Assembly: GCA_964413295.1 (NCBI GenBank)
Contig: CAYPRN010000003.1
Coordinates: 1 to 32,685, forward strand
Source of the DNA: an uncultured Gammaproteobacteria bacterium
GTDB taxonomy: Bacteria > Patescibacteriota > Patescibacteriia > Patescibacteriales > XYC2-FULL-47-12
Reading direction: 5' to 3'
Length of the DNA stretch: 32,685 bases
The notes below the pieces were generated by a model. That model saw only the letters and a list, made by a program, of their open reading frames with translations, ran no database searches and was not told the origin of the DNA. Below are positions 30,863 to 32,685 of this stretch, piece by piece; within the stretch, counting starts at the first letter, position 1; each line of letters starts with the position of its first letter. The position numbers and the translations under genes were made by a program.

Positions 30863-30895
30863 CTTGTTCGATAAGCAATTTGCTTGTCGGACAAG
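30863..30895. repeat. 33-nt palindrome, copy 3 (32 nt upstream of the paralogue A start)
   Basis: CTTGTTCGATAAGCAATTTGCTTGTCGGACAAG. Confidence 0.85.
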
Positions 30896-30896
30896 T

Positions 30897-30925
30897 ATAT
30901 TATTTTGTTAATGTACAACTGTCAT
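30897..30925 (-). promoter_or_regulatory. sigma70-like promoter of the three-gene small-protein operon
   Basis: Minus strand reads ATGACA-17 nt-TAATAT. The -10 box ends 1 nt before the palindrome, so transcription should start inside it. Confidence 0.4.
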
Positions 30926-30984
30926 TTTATTTTTATCTTTTTGTCCTTTTTGTATTAAAAGGTAAAATTAATTAAAGATCAATT

Positions 30985-31010
30985 TAAAAAAGCCATCTCT
31001 TGGATGGCTC
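30985..31010 (-). terminator. intrinsic terminator after the mini-peptide pair
   Basis: The RNA reads AGCCAUC-CAAGA-GAUGGCU followed by U6. The plus-strand side is also T-rich. Confidence 0.6.
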
Positions 31011-31035
31011 TTTATTTTTTATTTTATTTAAACTT

Positions 31036-31128
31036 TTATGTATTTAGCCATCCAAAATAATCCTTAGTAAGTACTAAGGCAATAAGCATTAAGATGACTA
31101 AAATATTATTTTTTATAATTAAATTCAT
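31036..31128 (-). CDS. candidate hydrophobic mini-peptide (30 aa, MNLIIKNNILVILMLIALVLTKDYFGWLNT)
   Basis: Hand-translated. One TM-length hydrophobic stretch, no SD. Lies 7 nt after the upstream mini-ORF. Confidence 0.3.
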   Translation of the reverse strand: MNLIIKNNILVILMLIALVLTKDYFGWLNT

Positions 31129-31135
31129 ATTTTTA

Positions 31136-31255
31136 TTATTCTTCATCACCGTCATCCTTTGTCATAAAAAACTTAGCGATTATCACGCAAAAAGCCGTTA
31201 TTAGAGTGGCTATTAAAACGATTGGCTTATTAACGGTTTTAGCTAATTTCTTCAT
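31136..31255 (-). CDS. candidate hydrophobic mini-peptide (39 aa, MKKLAKTVNKPIVLIATLITAFCVIIAKFFMTKDDGDEE)
   Basis: Hand-translated. One TM helix with basic N- and acidic C-termini. An alternative in-frame ATG lies at 31264. Confidence 0.35.
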   Translation of the reverse strand: MKKLAKTVNKPIVLIATLITAFCVIIAKFFMTKDDGDEE

Positions 31256-31332
31256 AAAAATCATTGAAAGTTTATCCTAAATTCAAATTAATATTAAGCA
31301 ATAATATAATAGCTTTAAACTTAAATCCTTAT

Positions 31333-31462
31333 CCTACTAATTACGAATCACTTACTAATATACGAGTACTACTTAAACGGTTTATAAAAATATAAACTAT
31401 TAGTTTGCTAAAGTAGGTTAATAGAATATTGGTATATTCGTAAAAGATTCGTAATTAGTAGG
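31333..31462. repeat. long word-hairpin (TTCGTAAT/TACTAAT family)
   Basis: CCTACTAATTACGAATCACTTACTAATATACGAGTACTACTT ... AAGTAGGTTAATAGAATATTGGTATATTCGTAAAAGATTCGTAATTAGTAGG. Confidence 0.6.
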
Positions 31463-31583
31463 GAAACAAAGTCTGTTTATATAATATGCTTTATATATAT
31501 CAGAATGAATTTAAAAAAACTTTATGTGAGTTTGTGTATAGGTTATTATATAATATTTTTATTCATTTAACAAGGTTAAATAT

Positions 31584-32201
31584 TTATTCATCTAATAGCG
31601 CTTGTTTTTTCTCCCAATCTTTTTCATAAACCACTTCATCATAAGGCATAATATAATCATGTTGTTCTGTTTCATCAAACCAAATTTCTATTTCTTTCTT
31701 AGCTTCTTCCACTGTGCCAGAAGCATGAATTAAATTACGAATACTGCGGTCATCAGAATCACTCATGTGATATGAATCTAAAGCAAAGTCACCGCGGATA
31801 GTTCCGGGCTCGGCTGAAAGCGGATCAGTGGAGCCGACTAATTTACGCGCTACTTCTACGGCGTGCGCTCCCTGTAGAACAATAGCTATTACTGGTCCAG
31901 CCGAAAAATATTTTACTAAATTCTGCTGAACATGTTGACCGATTTCTAAAGGAGTTTTATCAACTTTAATTCCCTTTTTGGCATATCCTTTTAATGCTTT
32001 TTTTCCTACATCCTCCAGCCAGGCAGTATTATTAGGGTCATAATGCTTATTAACTAAATTTTTATCAGCCCAAACCATTTTCATGGCTTTAATTTTTAGG
32101 CCAATGCGTTCAAAACGGTTAATAATTTCGCCGATTAAACCGCGTTGTACTCCATCGCCTTTAACTAAGACAAGGGTCTGTTCTTCTTTAAAATGTGTCA
32201 T
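31584..32201 (-). CDS. ndk: nucleoside diphosphate kinase (extended form)
   Basis: 205 aa. EQTLVLVKGDGVQRGLIGEIINRFERIGLKI, GTIRGDF and NLIHASG (active-site His). Carries insertions relative to ~140-aa NDKs. Confidence 0.85.
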   Translation of the reverse strand: MTHFKEEQTLVLVKGDGVQRGLIGEIINRFERIGLKIKAMKMVWADKNLVNKHYDPNNTAWLEDVGKKALKGYAKKGIKVDKTPLEIGQHVQQNLVKYFSAGPVIAIVLQGAHAVEVARKLVGSTDPLSAEPGTIRGDFALDSYHMSDSDDRSIRNLIHASGTVEEAKKEIEIWFDETEQHDYIMPYDEVVYEKDWEKKQALLDE

Positions 32202-32204
32202 ATT

Positions 32205-32286
32205 GTTTAGTTGCTTAGTTGCTTAGTTGCTTAGTTATTTTAATCACACAAACTATGTAACTGATTAACTAAGTAACTGATTAACT
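32205..32286. repeat. intercistronic word-hairpin (TTAGTTG/TTAGTTA family)
   Basis: GTTTAGTTGCTTAGTTGCTTAGTTGCTTAGTTA-loop-AACTATGTAACTGATTAACTAAGTAACTGATTAACT. Confidence 0.65.
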
Positions 32287-32660
32287 CATCTTAAATATTT
32301 TTTAATTTTTTCACTCACTTGCATAGGTGTAAAATCTGATTTTACTAAATAATCAACCGCGCCTAATTTATTACTGCGCTCTTTATCTTCATCTTGGCTT
32401 AAGTTTGTCAACATAATAACTGGGATATTTTTAGTTGATTCCTCGCTTTTTAATTGTTCTAACACGGCAAATCCATCCATTTTCGGCATCATAATATCAA
32501 GCAAAACAATGTCTGGCTTTTCTTTTTTTACTAATTCTACACCATCCTCTCCGTTTTTAGCCCCTGCGACATCATAGCCATCATTTTGTAAGCTAGTCTG
32601 ATACATTTTTAAAATTGAGCTATCATCTTCTACAATAACAACTTTTCCTTTTTTAGACAT
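32286..32660 (-). CDS. stand-alone response regulator receiver domain (CheY-like)
   Basis: 124 aa. Acidic pocket (VEDD), phospho-acceptor context (VLLDIMMPKMDG), LTN and K (YLVKS). Confidence 0.85.
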   Translation of the reverse strand: MSKKGKVVIVEDDSSILKMYQTSLQNDGYDVAGAKNGEDGVELVKKEKPDIVLLDIMMPKMDGFAVLEQLKSEESTKNIPVIMLTNLSQDEDKERSNKLGAVDYLVKSDFTPMQVSEKIKKYLR

Positions 32661-32685
32661 ATTTAATAGATAGTGAATAACTGAA

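Noticed and set aside
1-32685. Alternative genetic code (UGA recoding, as in some candidate phyla).
   Set aside because: Long housekeeping ORFs (aspS, fba, tpiA, map, adk and the CaCA paralogues) are intact and full-length under the standard bacterial code.

Overview
AT-rich, gene-dense bacterial segment, coded almost entirely on the minus strand. Housekeeping genes: yqeY, rpmB, rpmG plus tRNA-Trp (both absent from the ORF track), fba-tpiA, scpA/scpB, aspS, recO, ruvX, map, adk, ndk, an ECF sigma factor, transporters and tRNA-Tyr. The small gene set, mostly Shine-Dalgarno-less AT-rich leaders, four-helix-bundle and GIY-YIG mini-genes and dense intergenic hairpins suggest a reduced-genome Patescibacteria/CPR-like organism; this is inference, with no marker to prove it. 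The unusual content falls into six groups. (1) An orphan promoter-to-terminator unit at about 17.85-19.05 kb has no credible long ORF. It carries three exact copies of GGAGAAAAATCATG and a GC-rich, hairpin-dense 3' end, so it is either a structured RNA or a micropeptide locus. (2) An accessory island at about 27.9-31.3 kb holds three paralogous small proteins with strong SDs, a conserved 33-nt palindrome in two of their leaders, a textbook-looking Phe-rich leader-peptide attenuator, a frameshifted DUF3800 gene, a tiny promoter-terminator RNA and two mini membrane peptides. (3) Both four-helix-bundle (23S-rRNA-IVS-protein family) genes sit inside the loops of long intergenic inverted repeats. 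(4) A GIY-YIG gene is bracketed by ~55-bp direct repeats made of tRNA-Tyr fragments, next to an intact tRNA-Tyr. (5) A ~50-nt GC-rich palindromic element is seen both as a filled versus empty site and in frame inside recO. (6) A T-box leader with terminator lies upstream of aspS. All coordinates come from manual counting and may be off by a few nt. No database or folding software was used.
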